Assembly (NCBI GenBank): GCA_951406725.2
Contig: OX597817.1
Coordinates: 19,468,001-19,532,000, forward strand
Length of the DNA stretch: 64,000 nt
Source: Octopus vulgaris
Taxonomy: Eukaryota
Direction of reading: 5' to 3'
Shown: piece by piece, positions 27,901 through 40,560 of the stretch
Layout of the letters: every line of letters begins with the position of its first letter
Position numbering within the stretch: position 1 is the stretch's first letter
Translations under genes and position numbers: made by a program
The notes under the pieces: generated by a model
Told to the model about the DNA's origin: nothing
The model's database searches: none
The model's input: only the letters and a program-made list of their open reading frames with translations

Positions 27901-28797
27901 TATTCACTTTATTATTAATGAAGTAAATATAATTTCTGATTATCAAAGTCAATCCGCTCCCTGTATAGTAAATCCCAAAATAGTTAATAGAAAATTATAT
28001 TTACAAAAAAATATTGCGTTAACAAATTCAAGAACAACAAGAACAACATAAATATATTACAAAATAACCAAAAAAATTATACTTTTTAGCAGAAAATTGA
28101 TGTAGTAGATTCATAAATGAATTTCATTCATTTAGAAACACACTTACACATACACACATATACATATAGTATATTTGTATATGTATGTATCTATATCTAT
28201 AAAAGGCAGGATGTGTATGCGTGAACGTGAATGTAATTTATGCATGTCGCTCCAATTTTAGGAGGACAGTGCCCACGAATATGGCTGCCTTTTTGTCAAC
28301 TTACTTTCCCTGAGGCACCCGCTGATAGCGGTAAAAATCGATTTTCAACCATAACTTTTACCAATTTCCATGTCAGTGAAATCTGTGAGTTTGCTAACAT
28401 GAGTTAAGTCCCCTGTCTAGTAATGGCGAAAAAAAAAAACCAAGGGGTAAATTTTTAGATTAACACCCGCACGATTTTCACTAAGAAAAAAACTGGGATT
28501 TTTTGAGTGGAATTAAGTACCCTGGCTTCTTAATATGCTGCAAATACATTATTTCGATTCTGAAAAAAGTGGGCTAGGGTGAGGGTGCCCCCCCCCCCCG
28601 CCCCATACTGGAATCATTGGAATTCTTTTTTCCGTTTAAATTAATTCCTGTGATCTCCTAATAAGCTACAAAACCATTTTTGGGGTCCAAAAGACTGGGT
28701 GAGTTGAAGTGGAAGCCTCGGAAATTTTACCCACTCTCATCATTTTACATAAAAATTTTTTTTAGAGTGTGAATTTCCTGGTTCATTATCATATATA

Positions 28798-30086
28798 CGA
28801 GGGGCGTTCAATAAGTAATGCCCCTGACCCACTTCCCATAGTAGTAGAGCAACAAAACTCGGCAGAGGTATTAGTCTTTTTCTACATAGGAACCACCCAG
28901 AGTTACGCATTTCTCCCATCGTTTGATGCAGCTCTGGATACCGTTTTTGTAGAAGACCCCAGCTTCGTCCTCCAAACACGACGTGTCTTCAGAAATCAAG
29001 GCTGCATCATCTGGTAAACGCTTTCCTTTCAAAAACAACTTCATGGGTGGGAAGAGGTGAAAATCAGAGGGTGCAAGATCAGGAGAGTAGGGGGGTGGGG
29101 GAGAAGTTCATAGCCGCACGCCTGTGCTTTTGATCTGGCGACACGCGAATTGTGGACCGGAGCGTTGTCCTGCAGGAGGAGGAGGCCTTTGCTGATCTTG
29201 CCCCGCCTCTTGATTTTGATAGCTTCTCTTAATTTCCTCAAAAGTGAAGCATAATAGGCTCCTGTAATTGTGGTACCCTTTGCCAGAAAATCTGTCATCA
29301 CTACTCCGTCCTGGTCCCAGAAGACTGTGAGCGTGACCTTGCCAGTGGAGGGCTGCACCCTTGCCTTCTTTGGAGGAGGTGAGTCACGGCGCTTCCACTG
29401 CATTGACTGGGCTTTGGTCTCTGGATCATAGTGATGGACCCAGGTTTCATCCTGTGTAATCAGTCTTGAAATATTTTGACTCATCTTCTTGGCACATCTC
29501 CAAATTTATCCTCGAGCATTCGACGCGTTCTTGCTTCTGGAAAGGTGTGAGCAACCTGGGAATCCACCTGGCAGACACCTTTTGCATATGTAAATGGTCA
29601 TGAATGATAGTTTCCACAGACCCGGTACTAATCTTGACTTCATGGGCTATTTGGCGAATAGTTATGCGTCCATCTTCCAAAATGGCAGCCTCAACTTGAC
29701 GGACAGATGCCTCATCAATGGCAGAAGAGGAGCGACCAGATCTGGGAGCTGTTTCCACAGAGTTCCGACCAAGTTTGAATTCACGATGCCGGCGTTTTAC
29801 AAGATCATATGATGGGGCATCATCACCATAAGTTACTTTCATTTCATCAAAAGTTTCCCGTGGTGTGCGTCCTTTTAAATACAAAAACCGGATCACTGCT
29901 CGACACTCAACAGGCTCCATTTCACACCTGACTCAGTTCAAACACCTGTAAATCAGAAACCACAATTAATTCAGAGCTGTAATTTCCCACTTAATCTATA
30001 GAGATATACATAATTGCACATGCAAAATTTCAGCTAGATCAAACAACTGCAATTGGGTCAGGGACATTACTTATTGAACGCCCCTC

Positions 30087-30087
<1 letters not shown>
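28798..30087 (-). mobile_element. full-length mariner transposon (about 1290 bp, irritans-like)
   Basis: TIRs CGAGGGGCGTTCAATAAGTAATG(C/T)CCCTGACCC at both ends, TA target duplication, internal transposase. Confidence 0.95.
28871..29920 (-). pseudogene. mariner transposase with two frameshifts (about 29470 and 29095)
   Basis: Motifs WIPRLL, ITQDETWVHHYDPE, LLQDNAPVH and (frameshifted) HPPYSPDLAPSDF. C-terminus RWEKCVTLGGSYVEKD-stop. Confidence 0.92.
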
Positions 30088-30134
<47 letters not shown>

Positions 30135-30135
30135 A

Positions 30136-30178
<43 letters not shown>

Positions 30179-30996
30179 GCGTGCAAACCTTTGATGCAAG
30201 CTTCATATTTGCAGATCTCCGAGGCAACATACTCCGAACATAAGCTTTACTGACACAAAGGATCGGGAGCCCGCCTGGGCGTTCTATTTCTCTTGGCGAA
30301 AGGGCTCCCAACACATGGGCCAAGTGGGTGGTTAGATGATGGGGCGTTTGAAAGGGCCGGTATGTGCAACCTGATCACCTCTGGCGGTCAAACCCCCAAC
30401 CCATGTGTTCCAGTCGCGACACTGATTCTGCAGAACTGGGTTGGATGTTAAAGTCCACTTTTAAGTATGAATATAGATTTTTTTGAATCAGTAATGTTGT
30501 GTTCGGTTAAGTCCTATTTGTGATGAAAAATAAATAAACTGTTTTCTTATGAGGTTTTCCATTCAATCAGGATAAACTGATTCCTCATAGGATTTCCCAC
30601 TAAAATTGGCTACACCCCATTTTCAACCATAGCTTTTAGCAATTTTGACGTAGTTGTTTCAAACTTGATGCCGGCGTTACTTAGGATTCTTGGGATCTTT
30701 GAATGCTTTAAGTTTTCCCCACTACCAAAAACAAACAAAACAAAAAAAAAAAAAACAATCGATGTGTGAAAAATTGATGAGCCAATTCCTTATGGGGTTT
30801 CCCAATCAAATTGTCTGCACACATTTTCAGCCAAACTTTTACCAATTTCAATGGATTTCGCTCAAATTTCACGTGTGTGTTACTTAGTTTGGTTTGAAAC
30901 AAAGCACTTGGTTATCTTAATAATCCTAACTTAATCCCGAGCAACGCCAAGCTACAATGCTAGTATATACATATATATGCTCATATAATCCCAGTG

Positions 30997-31060
<64 letters not shown>

Positions 31061-31130
31061 TATACGTATATATATGTGTGTATATATATCTATAGCTATA
31101 TCTATTTTTATATCTATATATATATATATA

Positions 31131-31303
31131 TCTTCGAAACACGCTGGAGTTGAACTAGGGACAGCTGATGAAGGGGATTTTTCCTTGTGTAGTTGTCTTG
31201 TACTCTGTTTTTTCGTTGTTAAAAATATGGTCCGTTCCATGCTGTTTTTACGTTTTCGTTTCTCGTTGAGTTCTACGTCTATTTGTGGTGTCCTGTACAC
31301 ACG
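31131..31303 (+). mobile_element. short PLE-type 3'-end fragment in (TA)n
   Basis: Non-repetitive insert between TA tracts, containing CTTCGAAAC...GCTGATGAAGGGG and a T-rich tail. Confidence 0.4.
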
Positions 31304-31393
31304 TATATATATTTATATATGCACGTATATATACATGTAGATGTAGGTACGTACATATATGTTTGTATGTATGCATATATTTTATTTATTACA

Positions 31394-31456
<63 letters not shown>

Positions 31457-32644
31457 AATTTATATTTTCCAGTGTATCATATGCCTCTGTTCGTGGGCGT
31501 ATTTGGCCTACGTAAGAGAATTAAGACGATATCGTTCTCTGCTGATATCTATCTCTATTGATATAAGTTATAATTATATGGGATTAGTAGAAAAATGGAA
31601 ACAAAATATTGCTATTTAATTTACTTAAATTATATGTTTGCTCGAAATACCTGCGATATTCTGAAGTTGTTTCAACAGAAGAAGCGATATATAATGGGGA
31701 TAAATTGAAAAATCAATACGTGTAAAACTTCGTTGGACAAATGATATAGAGTGTACACTGTCAAAGAGATTCTTTGTTGCATTTGATTTCCTGCCAAATC
31801 TCGACGGGTTGTACTGTGACTTATTTCTAGTCGCAGTAAATATAGATCGGAGTTACTCTAGTCGTTATGGCAGAGAAGACGTTTCAAAAGGAATCTAACC
31901 AGATTATGAGTCTGCCTGTATTAAACTCCAGTATTTCTCCAAACAGTATTAAATTTCTTTTATGTAAGCGGCGATCATGTTCATACAAATTTCATAAGAA
32001 TCGAAATATTTTACTATAATTCTCTTCTTTACAATCACAATAACGTAGCGAAGTGTAATATTATTTACACAGATTTTCCGTGGCTATCTGCACGTGTATT
32101 TCATGTAAGAGTCGTAGCTTAAGATATAGAATCAGAGACACGTCGACAATTTATTTCATAATTTGTTTCCTTAATGTAGTGTCTATATTCCATACAAGCT
32201 CATTGTTCTTCTATGGACGAAGGCCTAGGAAAGAACCTCTTTAACATAAATGTTGCTAAGGATTAACTGTTACACAATTACTTAAGCCTATATACTGGTA
32301 CAATTCAAAATTACTCACCATTAAAATTACTCACCTATAAAATAGCATACAAACGTCAACATGATTTGTTATATAACCGATGAAACAGTTTACATAGTCC
32401 TTTTCAAGACAGCGTAAATAGAACTTAAGTATGTTTGGTATTGGATGGGGAAGATCGTGCTTATCAACATTCTTAATTCAAACGCGCGCACACGTCGACG
32501 ACAGCGGTTTCATATGAAAGCCGTATCTTGCAAACGCGATGATTCTAAATTATATGACCGGCAATATTCAATGGGATATTAGTTCTCTGTGCATATATGC
32601 TTCCGAATGGGCATCCACACATATGTAAGTATATGGGCTTAAAG

Positions 32645-32685
<41 letters not shown>

Positions 32686-32692
<7 letters not shown>

Positions 32693-33087
32693 TAATAAAT
32701 ATTAGGGAATGAATCCAAAATTACAGGGAAAAATCAGATTTAGGGTTAAATCCAATTTTATAGTAAAATATTATATAATATAATTCGAGACAAAACCACT
32801 ATTTTAAAACCAAACAAGGAAAGACTTAATCAATACATAAAATTTTAATATAAATTAAATAAACCACCACTACAAATGTTTCATGTCTGCTACCGACAAT
32901 CTTCAGGTGGATTTTCGATCTTCTAATCAGTATCAAATTTTGAAGTCAAAATTTTGACTTCAATAGAAGATTGTCGGTAGCAGACATGAAACATTTGTAG
33001 TGGCGGTTTATTTAATTTATATTAAAATTTTATGTATTGATTAAGTCTTTCCTTGTTTGGTTTTAAAATAGTGGTTTTGTCTCGAAT

Positions 33088-33098
<11 letters not shown>
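32686..33098 (-). mobile_element. HHR-bearing fold-back element: 133-bp inverted arms (32772-32904 / 32966-33098) in (TA)n
   Basis: Arms are reverse complements with one visible mismatch. The 61-nt spacer holds a 24-bp palindrome at 32940-32963. Confidence 0.85.
32867..32910 (-). ncRNA. minimal type I hammerhead motif
   Basis: Minus strand: CCAC CTGAAGA T TGTC GGTAGCA GACA T GAAAC ATTT GTA GTGG. Stem I CCAC/GTGG, stem II TGTC/GACA with a U-U at its base, GUA triplet. Confidence 0.7.
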
Positions 33099-33124
<26 letters not shown>

Positions 33125-33127
<3 letters not shown>

Positions 33128-33445
33128 GGGTAAAATATGAAAAATCAACGAAATGCATATTGCAGATAGAAAAAAGGCTATTTATGACAGGTAGTGACAA
33201 ATATATACATTTAGATTGACTGAGGTAGTAATACGAGTCATAAAGGTCATTATTATGAGATGATTATAAGATGATAATACTAATAAAGTAAGAGAACAAA
33301 ACGAACCAATTGGTTTACGCGAAGGCTATTCATCGATGAATAGCCTTTTTCTATCTGCAATATGCATTTTCGTTGATTTTTTCATATTTTACTCTTACAT
33401 TTCCACGTGTATTTTATATTTTCTTTTCGTAACATATTTCTACTA
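33125..33445. repeat. fold-back element with about 56-bp inverted arms (33130-33185 / 33336-33392)
   Basis: GTAAAATATGAAAAATCAACGAAATGCATATTGCAGATAGAAAAAAGGCTAT versus its reverse complement. 26-bp palindrome at 33322-33347. Confidence 0.75.
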
Positions 33446-33639
33446 TATATACACGAGAGGGACTTCTCATTGTACGCACACAAACATGCACACACACGCA
33501 CACGCACAAACTGACACACACACACACTCACACACACACATGCACGTTGATAAAAAGGATGAGTGTGGATCTTAACACTTGAAATACTAAATGTGAATTA
33601 GAAATAATAGATGGTTTCAAGGTGGGACTCCTTTTGATA

Positions 33640-34200
33640 CCCCTTAGTTCCGGTCAGGTGTATGCTTTGTCAAAGCCGCAGCACCAGTTAATTTCATGTA
33701 TGGTGCGCATGATTGAAAGGGCTATAATTCGAATCAGGTAGTTGGCACTACCCAGGCTCTAAGAGTCAATGAAGCATATTCGCCACGTGTCACGGTGCTT
33801 GGTACACCCTATAGAGTGTTCTCACCTTACATGTTAGTATGTACATCAATTTTCATACACAACATAGCTAAACATAATTGCGTTGATTAACTTTAGCCGT
33901 GATGTAGTAGGTCATAATGATAAAATGCGAAATGGAAAGGATCCTAGCCTGGGGGCACTGAATCTGCAAACACAACCAATATAGATGAGACAATCAGGGC
34001 TAAGTTTGCCATGCCCGAATTTTGGTGATTATAGATTTTCAAATGTATTGACAAGGCGTGTCGTGTCAGATATGCTTTTCCTGATCAAATGTAGTTCCAA
34101 CGGAGAAAGTATTTTCGATTGTGAACTGTAGGTAATTAATGCGTTGACCTATCAGAGACACACCATATGATACTGACAACTCATTTTCTTGATTCCAATT
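33640..34200 (-). pseudogene. possible highly decayed Gypsy pol (RNase H end / integrase start) remnant
   Basis: Only faint motifs across broken frames, resembling H-x-x-G-x-x-N-x-x-AD-x-LS and TLKL..YV..DV. Confidence 0.3.
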
Positions 34201-34559
34201 CTTAAAGATGGTGTGTAACAGGCAGTTGAGTTGCCCAGTCCCTTAACCTGAAGGACTGTATATATTGTGCAAATATTCCCTAACTGTCATATGATTACGT
34301 TCACTCTACTGTGAAAGTAATCATATGGTGATTTGGTGATGTAAGGATGATGCTATATACTACAACTTTTGAGAGACGGTTAATATTGACATTCTGAACA
34401 TGAATGAGTATATAGTATACACAGTTTGTTCGGGATGAATTTGACAATTTGCATAAAAGGAAAAGAAAATACTTTATCCCAACCAAAAATAAACGTTCTT
34501 TAAAAACTTTAAAATATCAACTATATAATAGCTGGTAGATAACGGTTTACTCAAATTCC

Positions 34560-35000
34560 CCCATGGTTTGAAGACGCCTCTAGAACTTGTAGATCACTGC
34601 ATCCTAAAAAAAGGTCTTCGAACATCTCCTTGACCTTGGCCACCACTTTGAGTTTAACGTTGCAGGCAGTGCGGTTGGTGTCTTTGTTAACAGTGACCCC
34701 CCCCCCCCATAGTAATTCACTGGATTACAATCGGGGGAATTAATATGCCAGAAATTGGTGACAACCGTTTCCGACTCTTTCCACTGGTACAACAAGGATA
34801 TATGGCCGCATATATGGCCTTTCAGCAGCAATCCTCTCCTGTCGGAAATTGATCACAGTCTCCAGGACCTTCATAAATTCATCTGAATTGAATCTAAGTC
34901 TCTGTTTAAAGATGCGGGTACGATTCTCTGCATGCAGTCGCGGTCAGAAAATTTGCTGTATCAATTTCTGCTGGCCACAACTATGTAGACTCCTTTGCAG
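34560..35000 (-). pseudogene. decayed Tc1/mariner-superfamily transposase fragment
   Basis: NFWHINSPDCNPVNYY resembles the FWPPNSPDLNPLDYY motif. Confidence 0.55.
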
Positions 35001-35284
35001 CTGTCCACGTCGTGTCTCACAACCTTTACAGTATTGTCGGAGCATTTGGCAACGATCATGATATCAACATTTTGACACCTAGTCTAAATCAGCATGTTAC
35101 ATGCACCACTGTTCACTTTTCCAATGTTCATATGGCTTCCGAACTACCATGTCCGCTAACGTTTTTTAGTTACAAATTAAAACCTGTTGCGCTTCAACGC
35201 CGTTGACTGTTCCCCAAAACATCAAGCTATCCCGGAAAAATGGAGAGGTAAACAATCGTCAAATTCAGCGTGAACATTTTGTGA

Positions 35285-36300
35285 TGGTTGCTGAGGAAAT
35301 GCTAATTCTGTACAAAAATATTCCAGCTATATTAACTGATACTCATAGAGTTAGTGAAAGATTTAACCAGATTAATTTACCGTTTGAAACTGTCTTCCTG
35401 ACACTCATTAGTACCTTTTTATAATGGGCAGTGGCTTTCTTGACGTTATCGTTGTTCGCCAATATATTTGAGATTCTCAAGCTAATGCCATCCACTAGTT
35501 TTCTAATTACAGCGAGTGATATGGAATTCCTATTGATACAGTTTCCGTATTGGGATTGTACTTGAGACTTTCAGATCAAAGACGACATCCATAAAGTTGA
35601 TCTTTTGTACAAACAGATATATTTAGGGAGAATACCTTATATTTTATGATATTCTTCCTAAATATAACCATGACGGAATCGTTCATATTACCTGAGTTTC
35701 CCAGGCACTCTTTCTGGTGCATTAAATATTTCGCGCAAGTCAAGGAACTGGATCCCATCCTTGCTTCTCCAAGATGAGTTGGGGAGTGGCTAAATTTAAT
35801 TTTTTCTAGTTCGGAATTATCGTGAAATATGAGTGATATCCTAGCGTTCATAACTATACTAATATCTATGTCACCTATTGTGGCAAATTATCAACTGGCA
35901 TCTTGCAATTTTTATATTTATCCGTGTATATTGGCAGAATGTTTTCCTCTTGAGGCTGGGGAAACAATTACAATGATATTTCTATGCCAATGGATCGCCC
36001 GTGTAGTTCTTCTAATATAAATGTTGATGACATTGGTATTACACTTACAATGACTATTTTGCTCTAAGAGAGGCTGACTAGTCTGCTGTTTGAATTGGAA
36101 AACATGTTAAAACAGAATCGGTGGTGAACCGAGCCACAAGATCATTCATTCTTTATGTTGGTTGCTGAGGAAATGCTAATTCTGTACAAAAATCTTTCAT
36201 CTATATTAACTGATAATCCTCGAGATAGTGAAAGATTTAACCAGATGTTCAGCGTTTATCATACTTTGTTAAGATCGTTGTATACTAAAATACTAATCTA
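35285..36300 (-). pseudogene. decayed PLE (Naiad-like) reverse transcriptase/thumb/linker remnant
   Basis: NARISLIFHDN, RMGS, INFMDVVFDL, ISLRISNILANN..KATAHYKKVL and IWLNL..VNI..FL (an IWFNPP-like linker, present twice: 35285-35372 and 36160-36246). Confidence 0.55.
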
Positions 36301-37033
36301 ATTGTTTTGATGATATTCTTAGGAAGAAATTTGTTTGTAATGGTATCTTCGTTACGTATATGCTCTTTGTTACGGTAAAGATGTGTACATAAGAGGACCG
36401 TTTCAAATGTGCCATGTAAATTTCCAAACATTTGTGATATAGATAATTTAAATCCAAAATTAAATGTAAACAAGATTCCTTATGAGATTCTTCTTATTTC
36501 AGTTGTATTTTTTCTTGTTTAAATCATTGTATTAATTTGTAGTTTTAACCACATAAAATTTCTGACAGAAATTTAAATCCATACAGACACGTGCACGCAA
36601 TAACACACAGATACAGCAAAACACAGACACAAATAAAACACACATACTCACGCACACAGTAACCTCCCACACAACAAGAATAACAACACACACATATACA
36701 GATATAGACAAACATAGATACGTTCGGTTGGACTCAATGAGTAGGAATATTTCAACAAATATGGGAACGAATTAAGTACTGTAATATAAAGTTAATTGAA
36801 TAAACAGGTGATTGGCGATATTTTGTCAACTGAACTAACGTCGTTAGAGAGACTAAGTGTATGGGTTACAACATTTTGTAACTTATAACCTATCGCTTAT
36901 ACAAGTCATTATAATAATTAAATGATTTCCTATAAACATTCGATATATATATACAAAGCATAATTTCCCCCTTTCTTATGTTTTGAAAATTCACTTAAAG
37001 ACTGTATATGTTCCTATACTTAAAAATTGAATT

Positions 37034-37447
37034 GGTACTTTGTGGTTATCTCATCCCCATTCAAAAATTGGGTTATCTCCCCAACTAAAAATTCGTTTAA
37101 CCTACAGTAAAACAAGAAACAAAAAGTGAAAAAAAATTAATAAACATAAAAGCGAAAAGATTAAACATCTTATTCAATCTGATATTTTTATAAAAACTCA
37201 TACAAAACTGAGAAAATTAAAAAGCATAAAAACCGAATCATTTATTGAATCAATAACATTTTTTTAACAAATCATACCATGCCTATTAAGGAGGCCCAAA
37301 TTCAAGAATGTATTGAAGTATTGAATCAACAGGATCTAACCCTTTTAATTCAACCTCGTTGCCACATAAACTCAATATTTTTGTGGGGAGATAACCCAAT
37401 TTTTTAATGGAAACATTTCAATGGGGGTAAGATAACCAAAAAGTACC
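37034..37447. mobile_element. MITE, probably Merlin superfamily
   Basis: TIRs GGTACTTTGTGGTTATCT / AGATAACCAAAAAGTACC, inner IR AAAAATTGGGTTATCTCCCCA, and exact 8-bp TSD ATTGAATT (37026-37033, 37448-37455). Confidence 0.85.
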
Positions 37448-38515
37448 ATTGAATTTGAATATATATTAGAGATATATTAACAAGAGGAAAATTTATAAAT
37501 GATTTCTAAACCTTGGCCTTTTTCTTTGTAGCTTTAACAATGTGACTAGAAACTTTGCCCATCGAAAGGGCTAGTACCATGATATAATTTCCAAATATAG
37601 TCTTTAAACTTTTTAGCGTCCTAAACGAAAACCTCAGAGTGCAACATAGCATTCATACAGCATTATTTCAGTAAATGGTTCATTACATTTCATACACATC
37701 TTAAAATCTTTTTGTACTATTTTATCAACTTTTTTTCACTTACTATGGGCACACTGCCCTTTTACAATTGACTGCAGAACAATTCAGAGGATACTTAGCT
37801 CATTAAGGAACTTATAGTTCTGTCTTTGTCAGTAAAATCTTTGGATAGTATATATATATATGTATATATATATATATAAAATTCTTAAGGCTAGCAACAT
37901 ATTCAATCTTTTACTGAGTGTAGTTTAAAGAATGTACGTCAGCTACTATGCTGGGATGTATTTCTAATAAAATGCCACGTTAATTGTGACCATCTCATCA
38001 TTTCAGACATTTATTAAAGTTTATATCATCCAGCATATTTTTCTTAGATAGTTTAGTAAATATATAGATGATTCTTCATAATCTCTCATTAAAATACACG
38101 TTTGTAAATTTTTCAGCATGAACCATTGTTATCATCAGCATTATTTTTGTTACAAGTAGCACGATCGAATCGACCTACAGAAATGTTTCCAAATTCTTTG
38201 TCATATTGTCTAGTAGAATATTACTTCTATTAGATTAAGGAGTGGGCAGGTAAAAATAAAACCACGCAAAATGTAATTTTATATTCCAAATCAAGGAAGA
38301 TTCAGCGAGTGTGTTTTGTGACATCTCATAATCAAGTAAGTATAATTAATAGTAATTATTGTACTAAACGAATAACGGTAATTATTGTATTACAGTCTCT
38401 CTTTCGAAGAGACACACAATAAAAACTGTAGTAGTATGGATATTGCTATTAGTAGTTGCAGCAACAGCAGTAGTGGTGGTGGTGGTGGTGGTGGTGGTGG
38501 TGGTATTAGTAGTGC

Positions 38516-38580
<65 letters not shown>

Positions 38581-39157
38581 TTTAAACATTAGATGCAGCA
38601 AATAAAATGTGTCAACAACGGTCATTTATTAGGTAGTCAACATGCCTTATGACCTAAGTACAAATGCAAGAGATGGCCTCTGTTGGAATTTTATTGATCA
38701 CATTATGTTCCATCAGAGGCGCCATGGTTTTGTTTTTATTAACAACAGCAATAGCATCAATGGCTACATTATTCATAATCGCTGTTTATGATACTGAAGT
38801 CAACATGTATTTATACGTGGAAGAGAATAAGTACCAGCGACGACTGACAATTCATTTATAGAATATAGAGAATCAGAAACAAAGATTTGCTTCTAATATG
38901 ATTCCTACCTTGGATGGTAGGCGGATAAAGTTCGAAGTAATATACATCGGTCTTCAAACGTTTCTGGAACATCAATAGATAAAAGGTTGTGGCGTTAGAC
39001 GCAACACAAAATGATAGTCCGTAGAAGTATACGCAAAATGTAGGAAGAAATAAGCATTGTAGTGGCGGTGACGCTATGATAGTTGTGGTGGTGTTGGGAG
39101 ATGACGACAGCCATGGAGATTGTGATGGTACGAAAGAAGAATCTCCGAGATATTCAG

Positions 39158-39199
<42 letters not shown>

Positions 39200-39253
39200 C
39201 CTCCTCCTCCTCCTCCTCCTCCTCCTCAGTTTTAGTTGCAGTCGTATATAGTA

Positions 39254-39783
39254 AAAATAAAAATAATAAATGCGCCCTTTTAAAGCCTTGCCAGGCTCAT
39301 GGGCCCGGTTTCCCAGTTTCAATGGCGTATGTGTTCCTCCAGCTGGACGGAACCCCAGACCATTGCAGCGTTACTCATTTTCGCCAGCTGAGTGGACTGG
39401 AGCAACGTGAAATGAAGTGTTTTGCTCAAGAAGAAAACGCGTCGGTAGCCCGGTCCAGGAATCGAAACCACCATCTTACGATCATGATGCTGATACCCTA
39501 ACAACTAAGCCACGCGCCTCCACGAATAAATGCGCCCTTTTTAAGCCTAGCCAGGCTCATGGGCCCGGTTTCCCGGTTTCAATGGCGTATGTGTCCCCCC
39601 AGCTGGACGGGATGCCAGTCCATCGCAGCGTTACTCATTTTCGCCAGCTGAGTGGACCGGAGCAACGTGAAAAGAAGTGTTTTGCTCAAGAACGCAACGT
39701 GGCGTCGCCCGGTCCAGGAATCGAAAACCTCAATCTTACGATCGTGATGCTGACACCCTAACCACTAAGCCACGCACCTCCAC
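39254..39783 (-). mobile_element. head-to-tail SINE dimer flanked by a single 14-bp TSD
   Basis: Monomers about 39266-39523 and 39525-39783, each with A/B boxes (TGGCTTAGTGGTTAG; TTCGATTCC). AGTCGTATATAGTA at 39240-39253 and 39784-39797. Confidence 0.9.
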
Positions 39784-40112
39784 AGTCGTATATAGTAGCT
39801 GGAAAATAAAACGCAGAAGTTCATTAACTGAGATGACAGTTAAGTTAGCAGCAAGATATTTTCACCTGAGATCATCAAAAACAAAAACGAATACTGCTGC
39901 ACAGATTTTAAACATTTAGCAAAGCGATAATTCAAATCAGCAGTTTCCATTTTATGTCGAGTAAATTATGTTGAGATGATATATTGCATACTAATATATA
40001 TAGAAACAAAAACAAAAACAAAAACGAACATATGCGATTGCTTCCTAGAAGATATAAACTAATGTTTAAACGAGAACATATGCATACATATGTGTATATA
40101 TGTACGTGTATA

Positions 40113-40157
<45 letters not shown>

Positions 40158-40170
40158 ATATCTATATCTA

Positions 40171-40253
<83 letters not shown>

Positions 40254-40255
40254 CT

Positions 40256-40324
<69 letters not shown>

Positions 40325-40529
40325 GTGTGTATATATATGTATATGTCTGTGTGTGTATGTGTTTGTGTGTGTGTGTGTGTGTGTCTGTATGTGTATATAA
40401 CTGTGAGTGTACACGTGGGTATGAAAGCACACACACTGCAATCAAACACGAACAAACATCTTTATACTGTATGTATATATATGTACATATATATATGTAT
40501 GTATGTATGTATATATATATATATATGCT

Positions 40530-40560
<31 letters not shown>

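Larger units (their letters stand above)
28190..30963 (+). mobile_element. non-autonomous Helitron-like element interrupted by a mariner
   Basis: 5' A|TCTATATCTATAAAAGGCAG and 3' CCCGAGCAACGCCAAGCTACAATG-CTAG|T both match the termini of 11275-12413. Confidence 0.65.

Noticed and set aside
35285-36246. Direct repeats as LTRs of a TRIM-like element
   Set aside because: They lack TG..CA ends, PBS and PPT, and they translate to a PLE linker motif.
38664-38861. Hydrophobic 65-aa ORF resembling a small membrane protein
   Set aside because: No recognisable motif or splice/promoter support. Such ORFs are expected by chance in T-rich DNA.
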